Shown here piece after piece: positions 10,542-20,946 of a DNA stretch of 64,000 nt; within the stretch, counting starts at the first letter, position 1; each line of letters starts with the position of its first letter. Origin of the DNA: an uncultured Acidobacteriota bacterium (GTDB lineage: Bacteria; Acidobacteriota; Thermoanaerobaculia; Gp7-AA8); NCBI GenBank assembly GCA_963741955.1, contig CAVUKB010000007.1, positions 384,001-448,000 on the forward strand. The letters run 5' to 3'. The translations under genes and the position numbers were made by a program. The notes under the pieces are model-generated. The model saw nothing but the letters and a program-made list of their open reading frames with translations. It had not been told where the DNA came from and did not search any database.

Positions 10542-10719
10542 CGACGATCAGAATCTCCGGCCGAGGAGTCAGATCCAGCGAATCGCCTCGGGTGACAATC
10601 GGATGAAGCAGTACTTCAAACGCTCCCAACCGCAGGGACAGAAGCCGCCGGATTCGGACGAGGCGATCCGTCTGACCACGATTCCGAGCACGGCCGGCGA
10701 CAAACACGGCCGCAGATAG
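10531..10719 (+). CDS. Small hydrophilic hypothetical protein
   Basis: GAGGTGAGG RBS, overlaps upstream stop; 62 aa. Confidence 0.45.
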   Translation: MKNDDDQNLRPRSQIQRIASGDNRMKQYFKRSQPQGQKPPDSDEAIRLTTIPSTAGDKHGRR

Positions 10720-10821
10720 TGCACTCTTCTGCACTCTCCTTCCTTCGCTGAGAGGGCTCGGGATTCGAGCTCGAGGAGTGAGGGGCCCCGCGTCGATCCG
10801 TCCGCGCATTACAATCGCGGG

Positions 10822-12990
10822 GTGCCTCAGCTATCGGCGATCGTCGACCGGATCACTTTTCACAACCCGGAGAACGGGTTCGCCGTTCTGCAGGTGAGCG
10901 TCCTCCCATCGCGCCGGCATGCGACGGTGGTTGCGCGTACGCCTTCGATCCACGTCGGCGAGAACATCGAAGTCTCCGGCGAGTGGAAGGTCGACCCCGT
11001 CCATGGGAAGCAGTTCGACGCGCAGGAGATCCGCGTCTCGCTCCCTCGTGATCCCGACGCGATCGAGAAGTACCTCGGAAGCGGCATGATCAACGGCATC
11101 GGTCCGGCGTTTGCGCACAAGCTGATCCGAAAATTCGGCGCGGACGTGATCGACGTGATCGAGAAGACGCCCGAGAAATTGAAGAAGATTCCCGGCATCG
11201 GTCCGGGGCGCCTCAGAAAGATCACCGAGAGCTGGAGCCGCCAGCGCGCCGTGCGTGACGTGATGGTGTTTCTCCACGCCCACGGCATCGGGCCGGCTCG
11301 TGCGGCCCGGATCTATCGCACCTACGGCGATGAAGCGGTACGCACCATTCGAGAGAATCCGTACCGCCTCGCCGACGACGTCCGCGGAATCGGGTTTCTG
11401 ACCGCGGACGCGATCGCGTTCACTCTCGGGTTTCAGCCCGATTCGGAGGAGCGTGGTCGCGCGGGCGTCCGGTACCTTCTCAGCGAAGCGATGAGCGAGG
11501 GACATTGTGCTCTTCCGCGGGAGGAGCTCCTTCGCCGAGCCGAGGAGCAGCTGAAGATTCCATTGCCCATCGCGGAGAGTGCGCTCGCGACCGAAGTCGC
11601 GGCAGGGACACTGGTGATCGATCGGATCGGCTCGCGGGAGGCGGTATTTCTCACCGCGATGCGTGCGGCCGAACAGAGGATCGCGGCGAACCTTCGCCGG
11701 CTGCTGAACGGCGACGCGCCGTGGCCGTCGATCGATCCCGGCGCGGCGATACCGTGGGTGGAAAAGAAAATCGGGCTCGAGCTCGCCCACTCGCAGCGCG
11801 AGGCGGTGGGTCTCTTTCTCCGCTCGAAGGTGATGGTGCTCACGGGAGGGCCCGGAGTCGGGAAGACGACGATCGTCAACGCGATCCTTTCGATTCTCGG
11901 TACCAAGGGAATCGACGTCGCGCTCGGCGCACCGACCGGACGGGCGGCGAAGCGCCTCGGCGAGAGTACCGGGCGGACGGCGAAGACGCTCCACCGGTTG
12001 CTCGAAGTCGATCCGGTAGAAGGGCGATTCAACCGCGACGAATCGCACCCGCTGGACGCTGATCTCGTGGTCGTCGACGAGAGCTCGATGATCGACGTGC
12101 CACTGATGGATGCCCTGCTTCGTGCGATCCGCTCTCACGCTGCCCTACTTCTGGTCGGGGACGTCGACCAGCTCCCCTCCGTCGGACCGGGTCAGGTCTT
12201 GAGCGACGTGATCGGATCCGGAGTGGTCCCGGTGATTCGGTTGCGCGAGATCTTCCGCCAGGCGGCCGAGAGCCGGATCATCGTCAACGCCCACCTGGTG
12301 AACGAAGGAGTGGTTCCGGATCTCGCGAATACCAGGGAAGACGGTACGCTCTCGGATTTCTTCTTCGTGAAGGCGAGCGACCCCGAACACGCCGCGCGGA
12401 TGGTGGTCCGCGTCGTGGCGGAGCGAATCCCGGAGCGGTTCGGATTTCAGCCGCGTCGCGACGTCCAGGTTCTCAGCCCGATGCGCAAGGGATCCGTTGG
12501 TGTCCTCGCTCTCAATCAGCAGCTCCAGGCGGCGCTGAATCCGGAAGGGGCGAATGTCGGCGTCGTGGAACGCTATGGGAACCGCTTCACGGTTGGTGAC
12601 AAGGTGATGCAGCTCGTCAACGACTACGAACGCGATGTCTTCAACGGAGACACCGGCCTGGTGGAGACGGTCGATCCCGCCGCAGGACGGATGGACGTCC
12701 GCTTCGACGGACGACGGGTCGAATACCCGTTCGATGCTCTCGACGCATTGGCGCTCTCCTACGCCACGACGATCCACAAGTCGCAGGGGTCCGAATATCC
12801 GGCGGTGGTGGTGCCGATCCTGACGCAGCACTACACCATGCTGCAGCGGAATCTCCTCTACACCGCGATGACGCGGGGACGAAAGCTCGTGGTGCTGGTC
12901 GGACAGCGGAAAGCGATCGAGATCGCAGTTCACAACGACCGGAGCGCCCGCCGCTGGTCGAAGCTGCGCGAATGGCTTTGCGGTCAGTGA
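10822..12990 (+). CDS. recD2: ATP-dependent RecD2-like SF1B helicase
   Basis: N-terminal OB/HhH region, GGPGVGKTT, APTGRAA, VDESSM, GDVDQLPSVG, TIHKSQGSEY, LLYTAMTR. Confidence 0.95.
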   Translation: MPQLSAIVDRITFHNPENGFAVLQVSVLPSRRHATVVARTPSIHVGENIEVSGEWKVDPVHGKQFDAQEIRVSLPRDPDAIEKYLGSGMINGIGPAFAHKLIRKFGADVIDVIEKTPEKLKKIPGIGPGRLRKITESWSRQRAVRDVMVFLHAHGIGPARAARIYRTYGDEAVRTIRENPYRLADDVRGIGFLTADAIAFTLGFQPDSEERGRAGVRYLLSEAMSEGHCALPREELLRRAEEQLKIPLPIAESALATEVAAGTLVIDRIGSREAVFLTAMRAAEQRIAANLRRLLNGDAPWPSIDPGAAIPWVEKKIGLELAHSQREAVGLFLRSKVMVLTGGPGVGKTTIVNAILSILGTKGIDVALGAPTGRAAKRLGESTGRTAKTLHRLLEVDPVEGRFNRDESHPLDADLVVVDESSMIDVPLMDALLRAIRSHAALLLVGDVDQLPSVGPGQVLSDVIGSGVVPVIRLREIFRQAAESRIIVNAHLVNEGVVPDLANTREDGTLSDFFFVKASDPEHAARMVVRVVAERIPERFGFQPRRDVQVLSPMRKGSVGVLALNQQLQAALNPEGANVGVVERYGNRFTVGDKVMQLVNDYERDVFNGDTGLVETVDPAAGRMDVRFDGRRVEYPFDALDALALSYATTIHKSQGSEYPAVVVPILTQHYTMLQRNLLYTAMTRGRKLVVLVGQRKAIEIAVHNDRSARRWSKLREWLCGQ

Positions 12991-13186
12991 ACCGCGCGCT
13001 GGGGTAGAACAACGTACCGCCATCGCGCGGCGTCCGCGCTTACCTCGCTTACCGCGCCATGGAATGCGAATTCGAATTTCGCCGCGGCGATCGCGGCCCA
13101 CGCGGACTCGCAAGCCCGCACTCCGCTGATTCTCTGCTAATCTTCACGCCCGAAAGTTCGCCCCCTGGCGATATGGAGACCTGCCG

Positions 13187-13702
13187 ATGAACGACCGACC
13201 CGACTGGACCGCTCGACGAATTTTTGCGGAGCTCTGCGATCCCGAGACACGGACGCAGATGCTCACGTACTTCTGGAAGCACGCCGAGGATCATGTGAGG
13301 ATTCGCACCATCATGACCCTCGCGAAGGCGCTCCATTTCCGTGAGGAGACGATCCGGAAAGCCCCCGCGGAGAAGAAGGCCGCCTGGCTCGCGACGCGGA
13401 TGAGCTCTCCGGAGTTCGAGGACGCTCTCGAAATGGGTCTGATGATTTACCTCACGCGCGAGAAGAAAGAGATGCTCGGCGCGTTCCTCGACTTCTGGGG
13501 AATCCCGCACGAGGAAGGAGCCATCGAAGTGGACGAATACGAGGCTCCGACGGAAGAGAAGGTCGAGTCCGCGGTCGAACAGCTCGCTCCGCGCTTTCCA
13601 CGACAGGAGATGACGATCTATCTCGCGGCGGCGGGGCTTCTGATGGGTCAGGAGTGGAGAGACTCTGCGTGGCCGGTGGTGAACCGGCTGGTCAGCTCCT
13701 GA
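13187..13702 (+). CDS. Hypothetical protein
   Basis: 171-aa ORF, GGAG RBS, protein-like composition. Confidence 0.75.
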   Translation: MNDRPDWTARRIFAELCDPETRTQMLTYFWKHAEDHVRIRTIMTLAKALHFREETIRKAPAEKKAAWLATRMSSPEFEDALEMGLMIYLTREKKEMLGAFLDFWGIPHEEGAIEVDEYEAPTEEKVESAVEQLAPRFPRQEMTIYLAAAGLLMGQEWRDSAWPVVNRLVSS

Positions 13703-13810
13703 AGAGATCTGTTCGCGGCGGGCGCCAGGGAGGTTTCCCCTGACGCCACATCCGCTGAGGGGAGCGATGGCGCGGGCATTCTGCCCGGGCCGCCGTTCCC
13801 GGAGGATCGG

Positions 13811-14203
13811 TCAGACGCCGGTCCGGGTCTCACCTGCGGTCGCACCGCTGGCGAGAGCGCTCCATCCGCCGAGGATGATGATCGCGATTCCGGTCAGCAC
13901 GTTGTTCCACATCGCCTCGGGTGCGATGGAGAAGCCGAGGAACCATGGTGAGACCAGAATCCAGAGTCCGATCAGAGCATTGAGCCAGCTGATCCAGGAA
14001 GCGCGGTAAGCGCCGAAGAACCGGATCGCGGCGAGCACCGCCACGACGATTCCGAATACCACGTCATTGGTGACGGCATTCGGGAGTCCGCGGAACGTGA
14101 TCACGAAGGGACTGATCAGGAGCCAGATCCCGGCAAGAACATCGAGCCCGCTCGCGGTCATGACTTGAGCGCGCCGCTCGGTGTAAGTCGTTGTTTCTGC
14201 CAT
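13811..14203 (-). CDS. SPW-repeat membrane protein
   Basis: GIWLLISPF and GLWILVSPW repeats, four hydrophobic helices, AGGAGG RBS. Confidence 0.9.
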   Translation of the reverse strand: MAETTTYTERRAQVMTASGLDVLAGIWLLISPFVITFRGLPNAVTNDVVFGIVVAVLAAIRFFGAYRASWISWLNALIGLWILVSPWFLGFSIAPEAMWNNVLTGIAIIILGGWSALASGATAGETRTGV

Positions 14204-14359
14204 TTTTCTTTCCTCCTTTCCCGCTGCGCGGGCCGGCGGGGCGCACCTCGCTCACGCAGTGAACTGCACCCGAAATTGTGCAAGTGGCGTGCGCGGGAAG
14301 GACCGGCGGAGGAGTCCGTCGCGTCACGGATCAGACTGCCGGTGTGGAGCGGATGGAGT

Positions 14360-15091
14360 TCACGGATGAGGAGAGACTGCCCCGGCGGGCTCGAGCCCCG
14401 AGAGGCTCTCGATGGGGAGATCGAGGATGTCGAACTGAGGCCATCCGCGGAAATCGAAGTGCCACCATTCGGTCGGAAGCTGCGTGAAACCGTGTCGCTT
14501 CATCACATCTTCGAGCAGGGCCCGGTTCCGGAGGGCATCCTCGGGGAGATTCTGGTAGTCGCTGTGTGCCCGCTCGGTGAAGTCGTCGTAGGGGCTCGGC
14601 ATCACCAGCTCGTTTCCCGTAGCGAGATCGATCAGCGAGACGTCGACCGCCGCTCCGCGGTTGTGTCTGGAGCCTTCCTTCGGATCCGCGACGTAGCGCG
14701 AATCGTGAATCTCGTCCCACATTCTCACCGTGATGCGGTACGGACGATATCCGTCGAATACTTTCAGCCCGAGACCCTTTTGCGCGAGCTCCCGTTCGAC
14801 GTCTGCGAGTGCGGCGGCTGCAGGACGCCGCAGCCAGACCTGGGCGACGGGATAGAGGACGTGTTTCATGAAGTTGTGTGGCGTCGCGTATCGGACGTCG
14901 AGCTTGATTCCTGGAATGGCAGTTTCGAGGTTGACCAGTCTGCGATCGGGTTCACGTTCGGCCAGGAGCTCGTAACTTCCGGGATCCCGCACGACCCGGA
15001 GCCCATAGGGATTCAGGGGGATCGGAATCGCGCAGGCGGCCGCGAGTGCGACGGCGAAGAGTGGTGCGATCCGGCGCAGAATTCGGCTCAT
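14360..15091 (-). CDS. M15D D-Ala-D-Ala dipeptidase (VanX/DdpX family), probable lipoprotein
   Basis: RYAT.HNF, FDGYRP, SRHNRGAAVD, EWWHF; lipobox-like LAAAC. Confidence 0.92.
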   Translation of the reverse strand: MSRILRRIAPLFAVALAAACAIPIPLNPYGLRVVRDPGSYELLAEREPDRRLVNLETAIPGIKLDVRYATPHNFMKHVLYPVAQVWLRRPAAAALADVERELAQKGLGLKVFDGYRPYRITVRMWDEIHDSRYVADPKEGSRHNRGAAVDVSLIDLATGNELVMPSPYDDFTERAHSDYQNLPEDALRNRALLEDVMKRHGFTQLPTEWWHFDFRGWPQFDILDLPIESLSGLEPAGAVSPHP

Positions 15092-15197
15092 GTTCCGATC
15101 TTAAGCCTGAAGGCCGATCCGTGCACGTTCGGAAGCTCCCCTACCTAAGGACAGTTGTTGCGCCTGCTCGGCTCACGTATCCTTCACCCGGACATCC

Positions 15198-17228
15198 ATG
15201 GGCGGATTCAACCTGACGGTTTTTGCGACGTTTCTCGGCCAGGCGGCTGCGGCCGCGGCGGTCGCCATTCTGCTGGTCAGTTTCTACCGGCACTATGGTC
15301 GCCGTTATCTCCTCTACTGGTCGTGGAGCTGGTTTGCTCTCGGGCTCTACCACCTCAGCGCGGGCCTCTCTCTCCTCGAGCGCCAGGCGGCAGGAGTGTC
15401 GAGCACGACGGTGGTGCTCAGTTTCATCGCCGGCGTTGCCGGCTACCTCGAGATGGTGTGGCTTCTGTTCGGCTGTTACGAGCTGACCACCCGGCGGCCC
15501 GTGAAGCTGAAGATCAGTCTCTGGCTTCCGGTGTTCTTCGCTGTTATCGGAGGTGCGCTCACCCTCCTGTTCATCACCACGGCGAGCGAGCGGGGAATGG
15601 AGCTCCGTTTCTTCTCCCGGGTCGGAGTGAGGGCGCTTTTCGCAGTGGTGATCTTCGCCATCTCCGGGTGGTGGGTCTGGAGGTCTCGCCGCGGGCGTAC
15701 CAAGGCTCTCGGATTCGTGCTGGTTGGAGCCACGCTGTTCGCCTACTCACTGGAATATCTTCATTACTTCGTCATCGCGGCATCCGCACTCTTCCTGAGC
15801 GCACCGCTGCAGTTCTCGGTCTACCTGAATTTTCTCGATTTTCTCCTCCAGGGTCTGCTCGGGCTGGGGATGGTGACTTCGCTGCTCGAGGACGAGCGTG
15901 AGGCAGCGGTACTGGCGACGAACGAGATCGAGCACCTCGCCTACCACGACTCGCTGACCGGACTCCCGAATCGCACGCTCTTCGTCGACCGTCTGATCGT
16001 CGCGATCGCGCATGCCGAGAGGCATCGGGAGGGCTTCGCAATCCTCTTTCTCGATCTCGACCGATTCAAGGACATCAACGATTCCCTCGGACATTCGGTC
16101 GGCGACGCACTCCTCAAGTCGGTGGCCGAGCGTATCCGGCGCTGCGTACGGACGGAGGACACCGTCGCCCGTTTCGGGGGAGACGAGTTCACGCTCCTGC
16201 TGCCGCGCATCGAGCGGGCGGAAGATGCGGCCAAGGTCGCGCAGAAGGTGCTCGAAACGATCCGAATTCCGTTCGAGGTCGGCGAGCGTGAGCTCTTCGT
16301 CAGCACTTCGATCGGCATCAGTCTCTTTCCCGCCGACGGTGCGAATACCGAGACTCTGATCAAGAATGCGGACTCGGCGATGTACCGCGCAAAGGAATAC
16401 GGCCGGGACACGTACCAGCTCTACACCCCGGCGATGAATGCCCGCGCTCTCGAACGCCTTGCGCTCGAGAACATGCTTCGAAGGGCGATCAGGGAAGAGG
16501 AGTTCGTCCTCTTCTTCCAACCGCTGATCGACGTGAAACGGATGAAGATCCGTGCGGTCGAAGCGCTGATCCGGTGGCGGCATCCGGAGCTCGGTCTCCT
16601 CCTTCCGGCCCACTTCATGCCGGTTGCAGAGGCGAGCGGTCTGATCGTCCCGATGGGTCACTGGTGCCTTCTCGCCGCATGCCGCCAGGCTCGAGCCTGG
16701 CAGAAGAAGATCGCTCCGATCGGGGTGGCAGTGAATCTCTCTGCACGCCAGTTCTCGGAGCCCGACCTGGTTCAGGTGATTCGTTCGGTCCTGGACGACA
16801 CGGGGCTCGATCCTTCACAGCTGGAACTCGAGATCACCGAGAGTAACGCGATGCAGAACGCGCAGCGGACCATTCACATCCTGCGCGAGCTCAAGTCGAT
16901 CGGAGTCCGCATCTCTATGGACGACTTCGGAACCGGCTACTCGTCTCTCAGTTATCTCAAACAGTTCCCGATCGACACGTTGAAGCTCGACCAGTCGTTC
17001 GTGGGAGGAATCGCGGACGACCCGAACGACGGAGCGATCGCCACGGCGGTGATCTCCATGGCCCACAGCCTCCGGCTCAAGGTGGTTGCCGAAGGTGTGG
17101 AGACCGAGTCCCAATTCGCTTTTCTGAAATCGCAGAGCTGCGATCAGATCCAGGGGTTTTACTTCAGCCGTCCGCTTCCGCTCGACGAGCTCGAACGCTT
17201 TACGGCGGAGAACAATCACCTGCTCTGA
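15198..17228 (+). CDS. Membrane GGDEF-EAL diguanylate cyclase/phosphodiesterase
   Basis: About 7 N-terminal TM helices; DSLTGLPNR, RTED I-site, GGDEF; EALIRW, DDFGTGYSS, AEGVE. Confidence 0.95.
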   Translation: MGGFNLTVFATFLGQAAAAAAVAILLVSFYRHYGRRYLLYWSWSWFALGLYHLSAGLSLLERQAAGVSSTTVVLSFIAGVAGYLEMVWLLFGCYELTTRRPVKLKISLWLPVFFAVIGGALTLLFITTASERGMELRFFSRVGVRALFAVVIFAISGWWVWRSRRGRTKALGFVLVGATLFAYSLEYLHYFVIAASALFLSAPLQFSVYLNFLDFLLQGLLGLGMVTSLLEDEREAAVLATNEIEHLAYHDSLTGLPNRTLFVDRLIVAIAHAERHREGFAILFLDLDRFKDINDSLGHSVGDALLKSVAERIRRCVRTEDTVARFGGDEFTLLLPRIERAEDAAKVAQKVLETIRIPFEVGERELFVSTSIGISLFPADGANTETLIKNADSAMYRAKEYGRDTYQLYTPAMNARALERLALENMLRRAIREEEFVLFFQPLIDVKRMKIRAVEALIRWRHPELGLLLPAHFMPVAEASGLIVPMGHWCLLAACRQARAWQKKIAPIGVAVNLSARQFSEPDLVQVIRSVLDDTGLDPSQLELEITESNAMQNAQRTIHILRELKSIGVRISMDDFGTGYSSLSYLKQFPIDTLKLDQSFVGGIADDPNDGAIATAVISMAHSLRLKVVAEGVETESQFAFLKSQSCDQIQGFYFSRPLPLDELERFTAENNHLL

Positions 17229-17262
17229 GAGTGCCGTCTGCGACTCGCCGTGAGCCTATCCC

Positions 17263-18234
17263 TCAGCCGACGATCTGTTCGGCGAGCTTGAAGAGGGTCA
17301 GAGGAGCACTTCCTTCGGCCTTGTTGTTGGCGACGATCATGACTTCCCCTCCCCGGGTCACGGCGGTCGTCGCGAGCCGCGCCACCGCGTCACGGGTATC
17401 CGAGTCCTCGTCGACCAGGTGGTCGAACGGCGCGTAACGCTCCTTCGCCTCCTCGTACATCATTCCTCCGTGCAGCATCCATCGGATGACCAGGCGATCG
17501 GCGACGGCTTCCGACGCGATCTCCGCCTGCTCGCCCACCGGCGGCATGCGAGGATGCACGTTGACGCAATGAGATGCGCCGGCCACGGAAAGTGCGCCGG
17601 CATAGTCACTGGTGAGAAGCTCCGGATCGCGGATCTCCACCGCATACCATGGACCTTTCGGAAGGGCGGAGAGGAACGCGGCGATATGCGCGATGAATCG
17701 CGCCGGGTCGCGGGTGAAATGAGATCCGAGAGGAGGGAACTGGAAGACGAGAGGTCCTCCGCGATCGCCTACTCCTTCCATGAAGGGAGTCACGACATGC
17801 TCGATCGCCCAGCCGGGATCGAGAAAGTGCGGGTTGGGAGCTGGCGGTCCATCCGTTCCCGTTCGTAGCTCGGGAGATGTGCATGCACGCGCCGCCTTCA
17901 CGAGGAAGCGGAAATCGCCGGGGACCTGTGATGCGTATCCGGCCAGAACGTCCGCGGAAACGGGGGTGTAGTAGGTCCGGTCGACTCCGACGGCGCGAAG
18001 GAGCGGGTGTCGTGAGTAGACGGCGAGTCCCTGCCGGGAGAGAAAGCGGACGTTTGTGGGGCGGTCCCAGACGATTCCTCTCCATCCCGGAAACGACCAG
18101 GAGGACGTTCCGAGCCGGATGCTGCGCGGAATGCGCGAAGCGATCGACTGCAGTGAATCGGGAATCGCCGCCAGTCCGAGCCCTTCTTTCCGGGACGGAG
18201 CGGCGGGGAAGAGCGGAAGCTGCTCATTCGCCAT
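17263..18234 (-). CDS. DUF72 family protein
   Basis: RLGTSSWSFPGW, DRTYY, FRFLVKA, FQFPP, AVEIRD, ANNKAEGSAP in C-terminal part of ORF 17263..19659. Confidence 0.9.
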   Translation of the reverse strand: MANEQLPLFPAAPSRKEGLGLAAIPDSLQSIASRIPRSIRLGTSSWSFPGWRGIVWDRPTNVRFLSRQGLAVYSRHPLLRAVGVDRTYYTPVSADVLAGYASQVPGDFRFLVKAARACTSPELRTGTDGPPAPNPHFLDPGWAIEHVVTPFMEGVGDRGGPLVFQFPPLGSHFTRDPARFIAHIAAFLSALPKGPWYAVEIRDPELLTSDYAGALSVAGASHCVNVHPRMPPVGEQAEIASEAVADRLVIRWMLHGGMMYEEAKERYAPFDHLVDEDSDTRDAVARLATTAVTRGGEVMIVANNKAEGSAPLTLFKLAEQIVG

Positions 18235-18339
18235 CCGGAAAGTTTGCCACGGATCGGTGCCGGTTGGGGCAGGGCGCCGATCGTTCATCCCGTCCTGATA
18301 TAGGATTCCGGGATTGCGGCCCTCAGGAGGAGACGGATC

Positions 18340-19764
18340 ATGACGGAGAGACTGAAAGAACAGCGCCACGCCATCACCCTGCGCGTTCTCGACCGGGCGC
18401 GGCAGGAGGCGCAACGCTTTCTCGACAGTCTCGAGTCGAGGCCGGTGCGCGCTGCAGCCTCGCTCGGCGAGTTGCGTGAGGCGCTCGGTGGCGATCTGCC
18501 GGAGAAGGGAACCGATCCGGTGGCGGAGATCGCCTCCATCGCAGAAGCGATGGACCGCGGGATCGTTGCTTCGGCAGGACCGCGGTATTTCGGATTCGTG
18601 ATCGGCGGGTCGACTCCCGCCACAATCGCGGCGGACTGGTTGACCTCCGTCTGGGACCAGAATCCGGGTCTCTATGCGACGAGTCCGGCGATGTCGGTGG
18701 CGGAGGAGACCGCTGCGCGCTGGGTTCTCGAACTGCTGGGCCTTCCCGCGACTGCGGGCCTCGGATTCGTCACCGGCTGCCAGATGGCGAATTTCACCTG
18801 CCTTGCTGCGGCGCGCCATGCGGTGCTGCGGCGTATCGGATGGGACGTCGAAGAGAATGGACTCCAGGGTGCGCCGAAAGTGAACATCGTCATCAGTGAA
18901 GAAGCCCACGTGACGATTCACACCTCGCTCCGCATGCTCGGTTTCGGCCTCGAGGGCGCGAAGGTGGTTCCGACCGACGATGAGGGTCGGATGCGAGCGG
19001 ACGACCTTCAGTCGGTGCTCGGGCGACTGGAAGGACCGACCATCGTCTGTGCACAGGCGGGAAACGTGAACAGCGGATCGTTCGATCCGATCTCGGAGAT
19101 CGTGGAGATCGCACACGCCCGCGGTGCGTGGGTCCACATCGACGGTGCGTTCGGATTGTGGGCCTCCGTGGTTTCTTCGAGAGCCCATCTGCTTCGGGGA
19201 TTCGAGCGCGCTGACTCCTGGGCGACAGACGCGCACAAATGGCTGAATGTCCCGTACGACTGCGGCATCGCGATCGTCGCGGACCGCAATGCGCAGCGAG
19301 GCGCGATGTCGGTCAAGGCGGCGTATCTCGAGCATGCGGAGAACGCCGAGCGCGATCCGTTCGAATGGGGACCCGAGTTCTCCCGTCGGGGACGAGGGTT
19401 CACCGTCTACACCGCACTCAGAACTCTCGGCCGTCAAGGTGTTGTGGCGATGATCGAGAGGAACTGCGATCAAGCATCGCGGATTGCGAAGCGGCTCGGG
19501 GAGGAAAAGGGCATCGAGATCCTGAATGACGTCGTGTTGAACCAGGTACTGGTCCGTTTCGAGGGGGAGAATGACGAAGCGGGGGATCAGCTCACACGCG
19601 AGGTGATCCGCCGCGTCCAGCAGGAAGGGACGTGCTGGCTCGGGGGGACGGTGTGGCACGGGAAGGGAGCGATGCGCATTTCCGTCTCCAACTGGTCGAC
19701 GACGGACGAGGACATCGACCGCTCCGCCGACGCGATCCTCCGAGCGTGGCGCGAGGGGCGGTGA
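18340..19764 (+). CDS. Group II PLP-dependent decarboxylase
   Basis: PRYFGFV, AHVT, WVHIDGAFG, DAHKWL (PLP lysine), FSRR. Confidence 0.93.
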   Translation: MTERLKEQRHAITLRVLDRARQEAQRFLDSLESRPVRAAASLGELREALGGDLPEKGTDPVAEIASIAEAMDRGIVASAGPRYFGFVIGGSTPATIAADWLTSVWDQNPGLYATSPAMSVAEETAARWVLELLGLPATAGLGFVTGCQMANFTCLAAARHAVLRRIGWDVEENGLQGAPKVNIVISEEAHVTIHTSLRMLGFGLEGAKVVPTDDEGRMRADDLQSVLGRLEGPTIVCAQAGNVNSGSFDPISEIVEIAHARGAWVHIDGAFGLWASVVSSRAHLLRGFERADSWATDAHKWLNVPYDCGIAIVADRNAQRGAMSVKAAYLEHAENAERDPFEWGPEFSRRGRGFTVYTALRTLGRQGVVAMIERNCDQASRIAKRLGEEKGIEILNDVVLNQVLVRFEGENDEAGDQLTREVIRRVQQEGTCWLGGTVWHGKGAMRISVSNWSTTDEDIDRSADAILRAWREGR

Positions 19765-20050
19765 GAAGGAGATGCCGGTTGCAGCTGCGGGCGGATCGCG
19801 ATCGAGAACTTCGCCATCCGGCTCGTACTCTCAGCCCCAACGGCCCGAACTTAAGGGGCACTGTGGGTGTTCACAGAGCCGATGCGCGGAGTTACTGCGC
19901 ATCGGCCGCAGGTGTCGTCTCGTTGCGTTCTGAAGGCGATCTGCCAGGGCCACGGCGGGAGCCGTGGCGCCCCTCGGAGAGGGGATCCTTCGCTGCCCGG
20001 CAAGCTCGCGACGAGATGGTGTGAGAAATGCGGGTCAGCGGGAATGCCGA

Positions 20051-20746
20051 TCAGTGCTGATCGAAGACGCGCGCGATGAGCGAGAGCTCGATCTTTCCGC
20101 CGAGCATCTCCCAGCAGGCGAGGACGTCGTGGCGGTACGGCAGCGGTTTCTGCCCGCCGTCGGTTCTCATCCGCGCGGCGAGTGAATAGCGGGCGCGGTT
20201 GTACCACTTCTGTGCCGCATCGGGATTCGACAGGAGAAACTCACGAGCCGAATCGATCTTCTCGAGATCGGATTCGGACGGTTCTTCGTTCAGAGCCGTC
20301 GCGGTCGCGACGATCGGGCGCGGCAGACTCTCCTGACGCTTTCGTCGTTCCGCGATCGACTGGAGTTTTCTCTCCAGCGTCCCCATCTCCGGGACACCGG
20401 TTGCCCGGATCATCCGGCCGATGAAGCCGGCAGACGCGTTCGACTCTTCGGAAAATCGCAACCCCGAGTGATAGAGGAATTTTCCCTTCGAATCGATCTC
20501 ATGTGACAGCCGGCTCCACACCACGACCGAGCGGATCTGATGCTGTTCGCCGGCTCCGAACGAAAGACGCAGCACCGCGGTGCATCCGAGCTTGATCGGA
20601 TCGAGATGAGTGACCTGCGCGCCTCCGGCGGCGACGTTCACCAGCGCGACTGAAGAACCGTTGAACGTGGCGGAGACGGGTCCCTGAATCAGGAACCGCC
20701 TGGCGGTGCGGCACTCCGCCGCCCGTATCGAATCGTTGTCGTCCAT
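20051..20746 (-). CDS. PilZ-like domain protein
   Basis: RTARRF (RxxxR) and NVAAGG (D/NxSxxG-like), VVWS...SGLRF. Confidence 0.65.
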   Translation of the reverse strand: MDDNDSIRAAECRTARRFLIQGPVSATFNGSSVALVNVAAGGAQVTHLDPIKLGCTAVLRLSFGAGEQHQIRSVVVWSRLSHEIDSKGKFLYHSGLRFSEESNASAGFIGRMIRATGVPEMGTLERKLQSIAERRKRQESLPRPIVATATALNEEPSESDLEKIDSAREFLLSNPDAAQKWYNRARYSLAARMRTDGGQKPLPYRHDVLACWEMLGGKIELSLIARVFDQH

Positions 20747-20946
20747 ACAGAGCTCCCAGGGAAGAACTGACCAGCAGAGACAGCCGGTGCCGTCCGAATC
20801 GGGATGGGCCGCAGGCACCGAACCTGCCGACTATATCGAAGAATCGAAAAGCTGCGTATCCCTCTGTCGGGGGATGCGAAAGACTGCGGTTCTTCGGCCG
20901 TGACGGAGCGTGGCCGGTCGGCCGTCATCCGAAGAAGCCGCACCAT

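Noticed and set aside
14277-14296. Sigma54 promoter for the SPW gene (GCACGCCACTTGC on minus strand)
   Set aside because: Lacks the invariant -24 GG
14360-15091. Vancomycin resistance locus
   Set aside because: No vanH/vanA/vanRS; the distant ddl has the DYEDKY D-Ala-D-Ala-type loop
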